Assembly (NCBI GenBank): GCA_013694995.1 | Contig: JACDBH010000004.1 | Coordinates: forward strand, 192,995 to 256,994 | Origin: Candidatus Saccharimonadota bacterium | Lineage (GTDB): Bacteria > Patescibacteriota > Saccharimonadia > Saccharimonadales > JACDBH01 | Length of the DNA: 64,000 nt | Reading direction: 5' to 3' | In this document: positions 46,490 to 55,538 of the stretch, piece by piece | Numbering within the stretch: position 1 is the stretch's first letter | How the letters are laid out: every line of letters starts with the position of its first letter | Notes under the pieces: model-generated | The model's input: only the letters and a program-made list of their open reading frames with translations | What the model was told of the DNA's origin: nothing | The model's database searches: none | Position numbers and translations under genes: made by a program

Positions 46490-46893
46490 AAACAGAACTA
46501 CTAATAGCTGTCATTGGTGCCGGCTTGGCAATCTTGGGCCTTATTACTTTTATAGCCCGCCGCCCTCGTAAAGACCTTAACCGCAAATATTACCAGAAAA
46601 AATGGCGTGAACTCCAAAAACTCTGTGCCCGATCCGAAACATGGCCAATGGCGATTATACTAGCTGATAGCTTGCTCGACGAAGCGCTAAAAAAGCGCCG
46701 CTTTAAAGGTAAGACAATGGGCGAGCGTATGGTTGCCGCTCAGCGTGCAATGACTGGTAATGATGCAATGTGGTTTGCACACAAAATGCGCAACAAACTG
46801 GTTCATGAGGTAGACACCAAACTTAGTGAAAAAGATGTTAAAAACGCTTTAATTGGTATACGGCAAGCCTTACGTGATTTGGGGGCTTTATAA
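46486..46893 (+). CDS. TM-anchored HEPN / DUF4145-like protein
   Basis: 135 aa. N-terminal TM (LLIAVIGAGLAILGLITFIA) plus a helical domain carrying AHKMRNKLVHE (R-x4-H) followed by LSEKDVKNALIGIRQALRDL. ATGA overlap with gatA, and the gatB ATG follows its stop directly. Confidence 0.5.
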   Translation: MKTELLIAVIGAGLAILGLITFIARRPRKDLNRKYYQKKWRELQKLCARSETWPMAIILADSLLDEALKKRRFKGKTMGERMVAAQRAMTGNDAMWFAHKMRNKLVHEVDTKLSEKDVKNALIGIRQALRDLGAL

Positions 46894-48327
46894 ATGAGCT
46901 CATACAAAGCTACAATTGGCATCGAATGCCACGTACAACTAAAGACGGCGACGAAATTATTTGCGGCTGTTAGCAATGATGCCCGTGCGGCGGAGCCAAA
47001 TACACTTATCAGCCATATCTGCATGGGTATGCCCGGTTCATTACCAGTACTTAATGGCAAAGTGATTGAACTAGCAACCAAAGCAGCTTTTGCATTAGGA
47101 ACGCGTCCGCAGGCCTTTAGTAAATTCGACCGTAAGCACTACTTTTATCCCGACCTTCCTAAAGGCTATCAAATTAGCCAGTTCGAGCAGCCGATAATCC
47201 TAGGTGGACACATCAATACTTCTGTTGAGGGCAAACCAAAACGCATAAACCTTACGCGTGCTCATCTGGAAGAAGACGCCGGTAAGTCAACACATCCTGA
47301 AGGTGCTAATTATAGCCTGGTTGACTTGAACCGGGCTGGAACGCCTCTAATCGAAATAGTTTCTGAGCCTGAGATGCATAGTGCTGCAGAGGCCAAGGCC
47401 TACGCCCAAGAATTGTATTTATTAATGAAATATGCCGACGTTAGTGATGTTGATCTTTACCATGGAAACATGCGGTTTGATGTAAATGTTTCAGTTAGTA
47501 AGACCGAAAAGCTTGGCACTCGTACGGAAACGAAGAATTTAAATTCTTTCCGTAGTGTAGAAAAGGCTATCGATTATGAAATTGTACGGCAATCAGATTT
47601 GCTAGATAAGGGTAAGGAGATTCTGCAGGAAACCCGAGGATGGGATGATACTAAACAAAAAACTTATAGTCAGCGCAGCAAAGAAGATTCTCATGATTAT
47701 CGCTATTTTCCAGATCCTGACTTACCACCTATTGTTATTGACGAAAAATTTATTTCAGTCATAGAAAACTCTATGCCTCAGCTACCGGATGAACTAAGAA
47801 GGCAATTCGAAAAAATAGGACTAGATAGTTCTCAAGCTGAAACTTTATTGTACGAGCCCGAAATATCTAAGTTTGTGGTTGAAATTAGTGACTCCCATGG
47901 TAACAAAACCGCAAAAACTATTGCTAATTGGGTCACTGGTGAAATTCAGCACCTTGTTGTTGATGGGAAACTGGACTGGCAGCAAGTGCTTACTAATAGT
48001 AAATCGCTTGTTAAACTTGTCAGTTTGGTAGATGGCAATCTATTGAGCTCAACCGCTGCCAAGGAAGTGCTAGTTGATGTTCTAACAACGGGAAGCGATC
48101 CACAAGCAATAGCTGAGTCCAAAAATCTAATCCAGGAGTCCGATGAGTCTGCGTTGATTATGATTATTGAACAAGTGATTAGTGACAATCAAAAGGCCGC
48201 TGAGGATGTCCGTAACGGTGAAATAAAAGTGATTGGATTCCTAGTGGGCCAAGTTATGAAAGCCAGCCAAGGCAAGGCCAACCCCACTATTGTTCAAAAC
48301 CTAATCAAGAAATTGCTTGGAGTCTAA
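46894..48327 (+). CDS. gatB: Asp/Glu-tRNA amidotransferase subunit B
   Basis: 477 aa. GIECHVQL, KHYFYPDLPKGYQISQ, RFDVNVS, C-terminal YqeY-like tail. Confidence 0.95.
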   Translation: MSSYKATIGIECHVQLKTATKLFAAVSNDARAAEPNTLISHICMGMPGSLPVLNGKVIELATKAAFALGTRPQAFSKFDRKHYFYPDLPKGYQISQFEQPIILGGHINTSVEGKPKRINLTRAHLEEDAGKSTHPEGANYSLVDLNRAGTPLIEIVSEPEMHSAAEAKAYAQELYLLMKYADVSDVDLYHGNMRFDVNVSVSKTEKLGTRTETKNLNSFRSVEKAIDYEIVRQSDLLDKGKEILQETRGWDDTKQKTYSQRSKEDSHDYRYFPDPDLPPIVIDEKFISVIENSMPQLPDELRRQFEKIGLDSSQAETLLYEPEISKFVVEISDSHGNKTAKTIANWVTGEIQHLVVDGKLDWQQVLTNSKSLVKLVSLVDGNLLSSTAAKEVLVDVLTTGSDPQAIAESKNLIQESDESALIMIIEQVISDNQKAAEDVRNGEIKVIGFLVGQVMKASQGKANPTIVQNLIKKLLGV

Positions 48328-49237
48328 GCTGACGGAACATAAAAAAGTAAGAAAAGCAGTTATAGCTGCGGCGGGCTTTGGGACGAGGTTTTTGCCGCAG
48401 ACTAAGGCGATGCCTAAAGAAATGCTGCCGCTGATTGATAAACCGATAATCCAGTATATTGTTGAAGAGCTGGTAGAGGCAGGTATTGAAGATATAGTTA
48501 TAGTAACCGGCTATCATAAGCGCTCGATTGAAGATCATTTTGACTATATTAGTGCCGATCTGCGCGATAATTTGAAACAAGGTAACAAACTTGAGCTTTT
48601 AGAAGAAACCAAAAAGATATCCGATCTTGCTAACTTTGCATATATAAGACAAAAAGGGCCATATGGCAGCGCCACGCCAATCCTAAATGCTGCCCATTTG
48701 ATTGGTGATGAGCCGTTTATTTATACTTTTGCTGATGATTTAGTACCGTCTTCTCCAAACCGGTTTACTCAAATGATAGATCTGCATGAGGAACTTCAAG
48801 GCGCAATACTGCCATGCATAAGAGTAGTTGAGGATGAGGGCTACAAACGTTATGGGATTCTGGCCGGGGAGATGATAAGAAGTGATGTTATCAAAATGAG
48901 TGGCGTGGTCGAAAAACCCGGCAAGGATAACGCACCATCCGATTTAGCTAGTGTCGGGGGTTACTTATTAACGCCTGACGTTTTCCCGTATATTGAAGCT
49001 GGTATTGCCAAGCTTGAAAAAGACCAAGAATTCTACCTAACAACTTTTGTGTTGGAATCAATGCTTAAAGACGGTAAAGATTTCTTTGGTTGTGCTCTTA
49101 AAAACAGCAAATACTACGACACGGGCAACAAACTAGAGTATTTAAAAACAGTAGTTGATTTCGGGTTACACCATAAGGAGCTTTCCGAGGATTTTAAAAC
49201 ATATCTTCGCAGCTTGCTTGACAACGGTGTATACTAA
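48317..49237 (+). CDS. galU: UTP--glucose-1-phosphate uridylyltransferase
   Basis: 306 aa. KAVIAAAGFGTRFLPQTKAMPKEMLP, VEKP. Only a TTG start (48317, 11-nt overlap with gatB) is available. Confidence 0.85.
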   Translation: MESKLTEHKKVRKAVIAAAGFGTRFLPQTKAMPKEMLPLIDKPIIQYIVEELVEAGIEDIVIVTGYHKRSIEDHFDYISADLRDNLKQGNKLELLEETKKISDLANFAYIRQKGPYGSATPILNAAHLIGDEPFIYTFADDLVPSSPNRFTQMIDLHEELQGAILPCIRVVEDEGYKRYGILAGEMIRSDVIKMSGVVEKPGKDNAPSDLASVGGYLLTPDVFPYIEAGIAKLEKDQEFYLTTFVLESMLKDGKDFFGCALKNSKYYDTGNKLEYLKTVVDFGLHHKELSEDFKTYLRSLLDNGVY

Positions 49238-49245
49238 AAGCACTT

Positions 49246-49506
49246 ATGGAGAACGCGGCTACAATACTAGTTATTATTTTAAGCATCGTTTTATCCATAT
49301 TTCTAATTTTTGGCACCATACTCGTAATTAAACTAATTCAATTAATGCGAGTTGTGAGGCAAATAGCTGAAAAAGCTCATGGTGTAACAGGTAATGTAGA
49401 AGCTGCTACTGCTATGCTAAAAAAGGCTGCGGGACCTCTGGCCGTTGGTAAATTACTGACTAGTATAGCTAATGTTATATTAAAAAAACGTAGTAAAGGA
49501 GGCTAA
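49246..49506 (+). CDS. small membrane protein, unknown
   Basis: 86 aa. One N-terminal TM (ILVIILSIVLSIFLIFGTILVI). Confidence 0.45.
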   Translation: MENAATILVIILSIVLSIFLIFGTILVIKLIQLMRVVRQIAEKAHGVTGNVEAATAMLKKAAGPLAVGKLLTSIANVILKKRSKGG

Positions 49507-49513
49507 GTAAAAA

Positions 49514-49918
49514 ATGGCTAAAAATTCTGGTAAATGGGCGGCAGGAGCACTCGCGGCGGGCGTAGTGGGCTATGTAGCGGGGGTTTTAACTGCTCCAAAA
49601 AGCGGTAAAGAAACTCGAAAAGATATCAAGACCGTCGCATATAAAGCAAAAATGGAAGCAGAAAAGAAACTCAAGTTAGTTCACAGCGAACTTAGTGACA
49701 AACTAGCTGACGCAAAAAAAACTGGCGCGAATCTGCAGGGAAAAGCAAAGACCGAATATAACGATATTATGATTAAAGCTGGGGTAGCCCGGGAAAAAGT
49801 CCGAGATGTCTTAAGCACTCTGCATGATGGGGATGCTGGAGATCCGGAGCTCAAGAAAGCTTTCAAAGACGCGAAGGATGCACTGAAACACCTTGAAAAA
49901 TTCGTCAAAAAACGCTAA
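49514..49918 (+). CDS. YtxH domain-containing protein (second copy in window)
   Basis: 134 aa. TM then APKSGKETRKDIK motif and a Lys/Ala/Glu-rich helical tail. Confidence 0.7.
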   Translation: MAKNSGKWAAGALAAGVVGYVAGVLTAPKSGKETRKDIKTVAYKAKMEAEKKLKLVHSELSDKLADAKKTGANLQGKAKTEYNDIMIKAGVAREKVRDVLSTLHDGDAGDPELKKAFKDAKDALKHLEKFVKKR

Positions 49919-50156
49919 AAGCCAACAGAAATACGAAGATTTAGGGAGGATAATATCCAATGTTTTTGAGACTGGGTACCTAGACGCCAGTAAAAGCTAT
50001 AAGATGTCCTTTTTGAAAGGCTTAATACAAGGCCTAGGCGGTGTAATAGGCGCGACGGTGGGTATAGCTTTATTATTGTGGCTTTTATCATTGTTCGGTG
50101 AACTTCCCTTCGTTGGTGAAATTTTTAAATCTGTGCAAAACGCCATTAATGATTAA
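49893..50156 (+). CDS. DUF5665-like small membrane protein
   Basis: 87 aa, TTG start. FLKGLIQGLGGVIGATVGIALLLWLLSLF pattern. Overlaps the YtxH gene by 26 nt. Confidence 0.5.
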   Translation: MKNSSKNAKSQQKYEDLGRIISNVFETGYLDASKSYKMSFLKGLIQGLGGVIGATVGIALLLWLLSLFGELPFVGEIFKSVQNAIND

Positions 50157-50216
50157 GTAACGTTACAAAAAGCAACTGTCAGCTCGCTAAAGTCTTATTT
50201 ATGCATATAATAGTAG

Positions 50217-53200
50217 GTGAAAATGAGTACAAAAGCGGGGGTATCACCACTATCGATGTCTGATTATGTCCATTTGCATAATCACTCGCATTACAGCTTG
50301 TTGGACGGTTTGAGCAAGGTACCTGCCTTGCTGGACCATGCCAAAAGTTTAGGTATGGAATCTATAGCCGTAACCGATCATGGTACTTTAAGCGGTTTGA
50401 TTGAATTTTATAAAGAGTCGATAGCACGCAACATGAAGCCCTTGCTTGGAATTGAAACTTACATCGCAGCCCGTAAACACACTGATAAGGATGCCAGCCA
50501 CGACAAACAGTACTACCACCTTATCTTGATTGCAATGGATAACACAGGGTATCAAAATTTGATGCGGTTAAGTACGCTCGCAAACCTGGATGGTTTTTAT
50601 TACAAACCCCGCATTGACCGTGACCTCCTTGAGAAATACAACGAGGGGCTAATCGTGCTTAGCGCATGCATCGGCGGAGAGGTCGGAGATGCTCTTAGGA
50701 ATGGCCAATATGAGCAAGCCAAGTCCACGGCTGAATGGTATAAGCGGGTATTTAAGGACCGCTACTACCTCGAAGTCCAGGATCATGGCCACCCTAAACA
50801 CCCAACTGTTTGGGACGAACAAGTTGCCGTAAATAAACAAATATTTAAATTGGCAAAGGAACTAGATATTTCTTGCGTTTTGACTTGTGACGCACACTAC
50901 CTTACCCATGCCGAACAGGAAGCGCATGAGATTTTACTTTGTGTCCAGACGGGGGCCTATTTAGCTGACAGTAACCGTATGAGCCTGGCTAATATGGAGT
51001 TGCATATTACTGATCCGAAAGAAATTATTGAAAGATGGGGCGTTAGTCATCCCGAAATAATAACTAATACTAAAGCAATAGCCGAACGCTGCCAAGTTAC
51101 GTTAGAGCTAGGCAAAATACTTATTCCACAATTTCCGGTACCAAAAGGTGAAACCGAGATGACTCATCTTCACAGACTAGTCTATCAGGGAGTGGCCTGG
51201 CGCTATAACAAAATCAGTGATGTCGAATCAAAAAGTATGTCGATAAAAGACATCAAAAAAAAATTCCGTCCGGATGTATTAAAGCGGACTGAATTTGAGC
51301 TTGGAGTAATAGACAAGATGGGGTTCAACGGTTATTTCCTAATTATTTGGGATTTTATTAACTGGGGCAAAAACCAAGGAATCGTTTTCGGGCCCGGGAG
51401 AGGTTCGGCAGCCGGCTCGATTGTTGCATACTCTTTACGAATTACTGAGCTTGATCCTATAAAATACGACTTGCTATTTGAGCGTTTTCTGAATCCTGAC
51501 CGGATTAGTATGCCCGACATTGATATCGACATTCAGGACACCAGGAGAGGCGAAGTCATTAATTATTGTATTGAAAAATATGGCAAAGATAAGGTAGCTA
51601 ATATCGTAACTTTTGGCAAAATGGCTGCCCGAAATGCTGTACGTGACGTGGCACGGGTATTGCAGGTACCTTATATAGAAGCGGATCGGCTAGCCAAAAT
51701 GATTCCGCTGCCGATTCAGGGTCGCCATATATTACTTAAAACCTCGCTGCAAGCTGATGTTGATTTAAAAAATGAAAACGAGACCAACGAGCAGTCAGCA
51801 AGAGTGTTTGACCTGGCCACGAAACTGGAAGGTACAATCCGTAGTCACGGTGTACATGCAGCTGGTGTTGTAATTGCTCCGGATGACATTGTTAAATTCG
51901 TGCCATTAGAAATGGCCCAAAAAGGTGTGGTTGCTACCCAGTATTCGATGGGGCCGATCGAAGACCTGGGTCTATTGAAAATGGATTTTTTGGGCCTTAG
52001 TAACCTGACGATTATAAAAAATGCGCTTAGGATTATAAAGAAAGTCTACAAGCAAGACATAGACATTACCGAAATACCGCTTGATGACAAACCAACCTAC
52101 GAACTACTAAGCCGTGGTGATACCACGGGTGTCTTCCAGCTAGAATCGGCAGGTATGAAACGGTATTTAAAAGAGCTCAAACCAACTATTTTTGATGATA
52201 TAGTCGCAATGGTGGCCTTGTATCGGCCTGGGCCAATGCAATGGATAGAGGATTTTATAGCCCGCAAGCACAAGCAGCGAGCCATTGAATATCTTCATCT
52301 TGCCATGAAGCCATCCCTAGAGAACACCTACGGGGTAATTGTTTATCAAGAACAGGTCATGCAGATTAGTAAAGATATGTGCGGCTTTACCGGTGGTCAA
52401 GCCGATACACTCAGAAAAGCCATCGGCAAGAAACAGGTAGACGTAATGAAAAAAATGAAAAAGGACTTTATAGACGGCGCTGTTAAACATTCCAACGCTG
52501 ACCCAGATATGATGAGCCGGCTGTGGAAACAACTGGAGGATTTTGCCGCTTACTGCTTCAATAAGTCGCACGCTGCATGTTACGCCATGATAGCCTACCA
52601 AACGGCTTATCTTAAAGCACACTATCCCTCAGCATTTATGGCAGCGCTCATGACCAGCGATTATGATGATACTGACCGATTAAGCATTGAAATTTCCGAA
52701 TGCAAACACGTGGGTATTGAGGTTCTGCAACCTGATGTGAACGAGTCATATTTGGAGTTTGCAATCGTACCTTCTAATGATCCATTGCACGATTCGATTC
52801 GTTTCGGTATGAACGCCGTTAAAAATGTCGGCACAGGGGCAGTAGAAGAAATCCTTAGGGCAAGGGAAGCCGGTAAGTTCGAAAGCTTAGAAGAAATATT
52901 CAGTCGGGTTAATCCACGTATAGTTAATCGAAAGGCGCTAGAGAGTCTCATTAAAGCCGGGGCATTCGACCGATTTAACGACCGCTCGCTCCTTTTGAAT
53001 AATATTGACAATATCATAGGTTTTGCCAATCGAATTCAGAAAGAGCGTGCCTTAGGGCAAGTGGACTTTTTTGGAGATAACGGCAGTGGCCAGACGCTAC
53101 AGATGAAGGTAGTTCTTGATACTAAAGGACAAAAATTTAGTCAGCGTGACCAATTACAATGGGAGCGTGAACTTTTAGGGCTCTATCTTTCCCAGCATCC

Positions 53201-53873
53201 GCTGAAAGCCTTTGAGAAGTATTTAGATGAGTTATCTATGTCAATTGCCGATCTGAAACCAGAAATGGACGGCAAAAGCGTTGTGATTGGCGGTACTATC
53301 ACTGAGATGCGGGAAATAACAACAAAAAGCAGCCAAAAAATGGCTTTTGTTAAAATAGCTGATATGTATGGGGAAATTGAAGCTGTTTTGTTCCCTAGTG
53401 TCTACCAGCAAACAAGCGGCATTTGGGAGCGCGATAGAGTAGTGCTTATACGGGGCAAATTAGATTGCAAAGATCGTCAAACTAGAGAACCAGGTACGGA
53501 GATTAAGTTGATAATAGATGAAGCTCGTGAAATCAGTATCGAACAAGCCGATGCCTATCAGACGACCGGAAAAAAAATCAAAGTCCCGAGTGTTACAAAA
53601 TCAAAACCGGCAAAACCTAAGAGCCGGCCGACTGTGCAGACTGCAACGCGTGGTAGGGTTTATATCCGACTAATTGATAGCAGTAATGAAACCCAGCTCT
53701 TATCTTTGAAGACGGTCATTGATGAGCACAAAGGTAATACCGAGGTAGTCTTGGTGCTTGGCCCGGCTGATAAAAAACAGATTATCAAACTTCCGGGCGG
53801 TGTAGAGTCAGACGAAATTGTATTGGAAAAATTACGTTCCGTTGTAGGCCAAACACAAGTTGTCGTTCAGTAA
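50217..53873 (+). CDS. dnaE: DNA polymerase III alpha subunit
   Basis: 1218 aa. PHP domain (HLHNHSHYSLLDG), palm PDIDIDI, fingers, OB fold. The start may be ATG 50223. Confidence 0.95.
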   Translation: MKMSTKAGVSPLSMSDYVHLHNHSHYSLLDGLSKVPALLDHAKSLGMESIAVTDHGTLSGLIEFYKESIARNMKPLLGIETYIAARKHTDKDASHDKQYYHLILIAMDNTGYQNLMRLSTLANLDGFYYKPRIDRDLLEKYNEGLIVLSACIGGEVGDALRNGQYEQAKSTAEWYKRVFKDRYYLEVQDHGHPKHPTVWDEQVAVNKQIFKLAKELDISCVLTCDAHYLTHAEQEAHEILLCVQTGAYLADSNRMSLANMELHITDPKEIIERWGVSHPEIITNTKAIAERCQVTLELGKILIPQFPVPKGETEMTHLHRLVYQGVAWRYNKISDVESKSMSIKDIKKKFRPDVLKRTEFELGVIDKMGFNGYFLIIWDFINWGKNQGIVFGPGRGSAAGSIVAYSLRITELDPIKYDLLFERFLNPDRISMPDIDIDIQDTRRGEVINYCIEKYGKDKVANIVTFGKMAARNAVRDVARVLQVPYIEADRLAKMIPLPIQGRHILLKTSLQADVDLKNENETNEQSARVFDLATKLEGTIRSHGVHAAGVVIAPDDIVKFVPLEMAQKGVVATQYSMGPIEDLGLLKMDFLGLSNLTIIKNALRIIKKVYKQDIDITEIPLDDKPTYELLSRGDTTGVFQLESAGMKRYLKELKPTIFDDIVAMVALYRPGPMQWIEDFIARKHKQRAIEYLHLAMKPSLENTYGVIVYQEQVMQISKDMCGFTGGQADTLRKAIGKKQVDVMKKMKKDFIDGAVKHSNADPDMMSRLWKQLEDFAAYCFNKSHAACYAMIAYQTAYLKAHYPSAFMAALMTSDYDDTDRLSIEISECKHVGIEVLQPDVNESYLEFAIVPSNDPLHDSIRFGMNAVKNVGTGAVEEILRAREAGKFESLEEIFSRVNPRIVNRKALESLIKAGAFDRFNDRSLLLNNIDNIIGFANRIQKERALGQVDFFGDNGSGQTLQMKVVLDTKGQKFSQRDQLQWERELLGLYLSQHPLKAFEKYLDELSMSIADLKPEMDGKSVVIGGTITEMREITTKSSQKMAFVKIADMYGEIEAVLFPSVYQQTSGIWERDRVVLIRGKLDCKDRQTREPGTEIKLIIDEAREISIEQADAYQTTGKKIKVPSVTKSKPAKPKSRPTVQTATRGRVYIRLIDSSNETQLLSLKTVIDEHKGNTEVVLVLGPADKKQIIKLPGGVESDEIVLEKLRSVVGQTQVVVQ

Positions 53874-53874
53874 C

Positions 53875-54921
53875 CTACCGTACTGCGCCACTCGTAGACA
53901 GCAGGACAAAGCCTAAGTAGACAACAGCTAGGACGGTCATGTCTAAATGTACGTGATGGGCCAGAAAATGTTCGCCGGCTAAAATATATTTGCGAATATG
54001 AAAACCTCGATGAACAATCCACAATAATCCAACTGCAGAAACCCCTAAAATTACTGCTGTAGTGCTCCAGGCGGCTGTGCCACGGGTTAGTATCTGTATT
54101 CTCTGAATACTAGCAGGTGCAGCTACTGGCAGGTCGGTCGACGGTGAAGATGGAGTAGTTGCTATTAGCTCTTCTTCCTGCTCCAGATGCTCAGTGGGTT
54201 CTACTAGCGTTGGTTCAACTACAGGTACCTTCTCAGCAATTGGTGCTGGTGTAGGAGCAGGGGCAGAAGCGACGGCTTTTGGGGTACTCTTTGGTGCACT
54301 GGCGACCGGTGCAGGGGTTGAAGCACTTTGTACCTGCGGTTTACCATACATTGCAACCACAACCGTCTGTTGACCGGTTCCAACATAATTTGCACCGTTA
54401 GCTATGCCGAAACCTACCTCAGTAAACGTAGAATTAAGTAAATTATCTTTATGGGCCTGGCTGTTCATCCAGCCAGTTACGGTTGATTCGCTGGTCATGA
54501 AACCGTAAGCTAAGTTTTCGCCAGCCGCCGTATATTTGTAACCAGCATTATCAATAAAAACCCATGGCTGCTGGCCATCGGGCGTAGTGTGCGACCAATA
54601 ATCACGAGCTACCATATCCTCGGCTTTATTCTGGGCTGCTGTCGTAAGTAAGCCGTTGCCACCTAGGCTGGCAACCCCGTTATTAGATCGCTGAGTATTA
54701 GTGCTACTTAAAAGGCCACCGGTAGTAACATTAGTAGCATAAGCCAGTACTCCGGCATGCTGGCCACTTACACGGACATAAGGTTGCACGGCTAAAGTGG
54801 AGGTAAGCAGTGTAAGGACTATTGCTGGCAGAAACCGGCCGGCTTTTAAAACTATTAACAATTTGCTCTGTTTTTTTAGTTTGCGCCTTGAGCTAGAATG
54901 ACGTTTTTTAACTTTTTTCAT
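53875..54921 (-). CDS. CAP (SCP/PR1-like) domain protein with N-terminal anchor, Pro/Ala linker and C-terminal TM block
   Basis: 348 aa. CAP core NKAEDMVARDYWSHTTPDG...GENLAYG...GWMNSQAHKDNLL...VGFG. Linker APAPTPAPIAEKVP. 2-3 C-terminal TMs. Confidence 0.7.
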   Translation of the reverse strand: MKKVKKRHSSSRRKLKKQSKLLIVLKAGRFLPAIVLTLLTSTLAVQPYVRVSGQHAGVLAYATNVTTGGLLSSTNTQRSNNGVASLGGNGLLTTAAQNKAEDMVARDYWSHTTPDGQQPWVFIDNAGYKYTAAGENLAYGFMTSESTVTGWMNSQAHKDNLLNSTFTEVGFGIANGANYVGTGQQTVVVAMYGKPQVQSASTPAPVASAPKSTPKAVASAPAPTPAPIAEKVPVVEPTLVEPTEHLEQEEELIATTPSSPSTDLPVAAPASIQRIQILTRGTAAWSTTAVILGVSAVGLLWIVHRGFHIRKYILAGEHFLAHHVHLDMTVLAVVYLGFVLLSTSGAVR

Positions 54922-54968
54922 GTTTGTTATCTTTTATGCCTATATTATAGCGCATATGTTAAATAGTT

Positions 54969-55463
54969 TTATAAAAATCTGAGTTGATATAAAGCCATGG
55001 CAGCCGCTTGAACGACATTAAATGACTCTTTCTTGCCGGACATGGGAATATATAAATGGATAAGTATTTTTTTTAATACTTCTTTTGGTATTCCGGTGAC
55101 TTCGTTACCTAAGAGTAGTGCTATCCGATCCGGAGATTTATAAGAAGAAAGTGGCATAGCATCGGTAGTCTTTTCTAAAGCAGCGATAGTAAAACCATCT
55201 TTTTTAAGTTTGGTTAAAATATCACTTAAGTTCTCGGCATATATCCAGACTTGGGTAACTTCTGCTCCCAAAGCTGTTTTTTGTATTTGCGTATGTAGCT
55301 TTTTGGATAGATGAGGCAGTCGGCCATCACCATCCTTAAACGGGTATGGCGTATAACCTGTCAGGTAAACATTCTTAATTCCTAGCCCCTCAGCGGTACG
55401 CAGCAAAGAACCGACATTATGCGTGCTACGCATGTTATGAGCTATAACTATTATTTGACGCAT
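54969..55463 (-). CDS. TrmH/SpoU family RNA 2'-O-methyltransferase
   Basis: 164 aa. HNVGSLLRTAEGLG, LLLGNEVTGI, IPMSGKKESFNVVQAAAMALY. Confidence 0.8.
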   Translation of the reverse strand: MRQIIVIAHNMRSTHNVGSLLRTAEGLGIKNVYLTGYTPYPFKDGDGRLPHLSKKLHTQIQKTALGAEVTQVWIYAENLSDILTKLKKDGFTIAALEKTTDAMPLSSYKSPDRIALLLGNEVTGIPKEVLKKILIHLYIPMSGKKESFNVVQAAAMALYQLRFL

Positions 55464-55538
55464 TAGATAAGCTTAAATTGAAATACATTTATAACCAACC
55501 ATAAGCTTTAAAAGTGGGTGTTGCTTATGCTTTAATTA

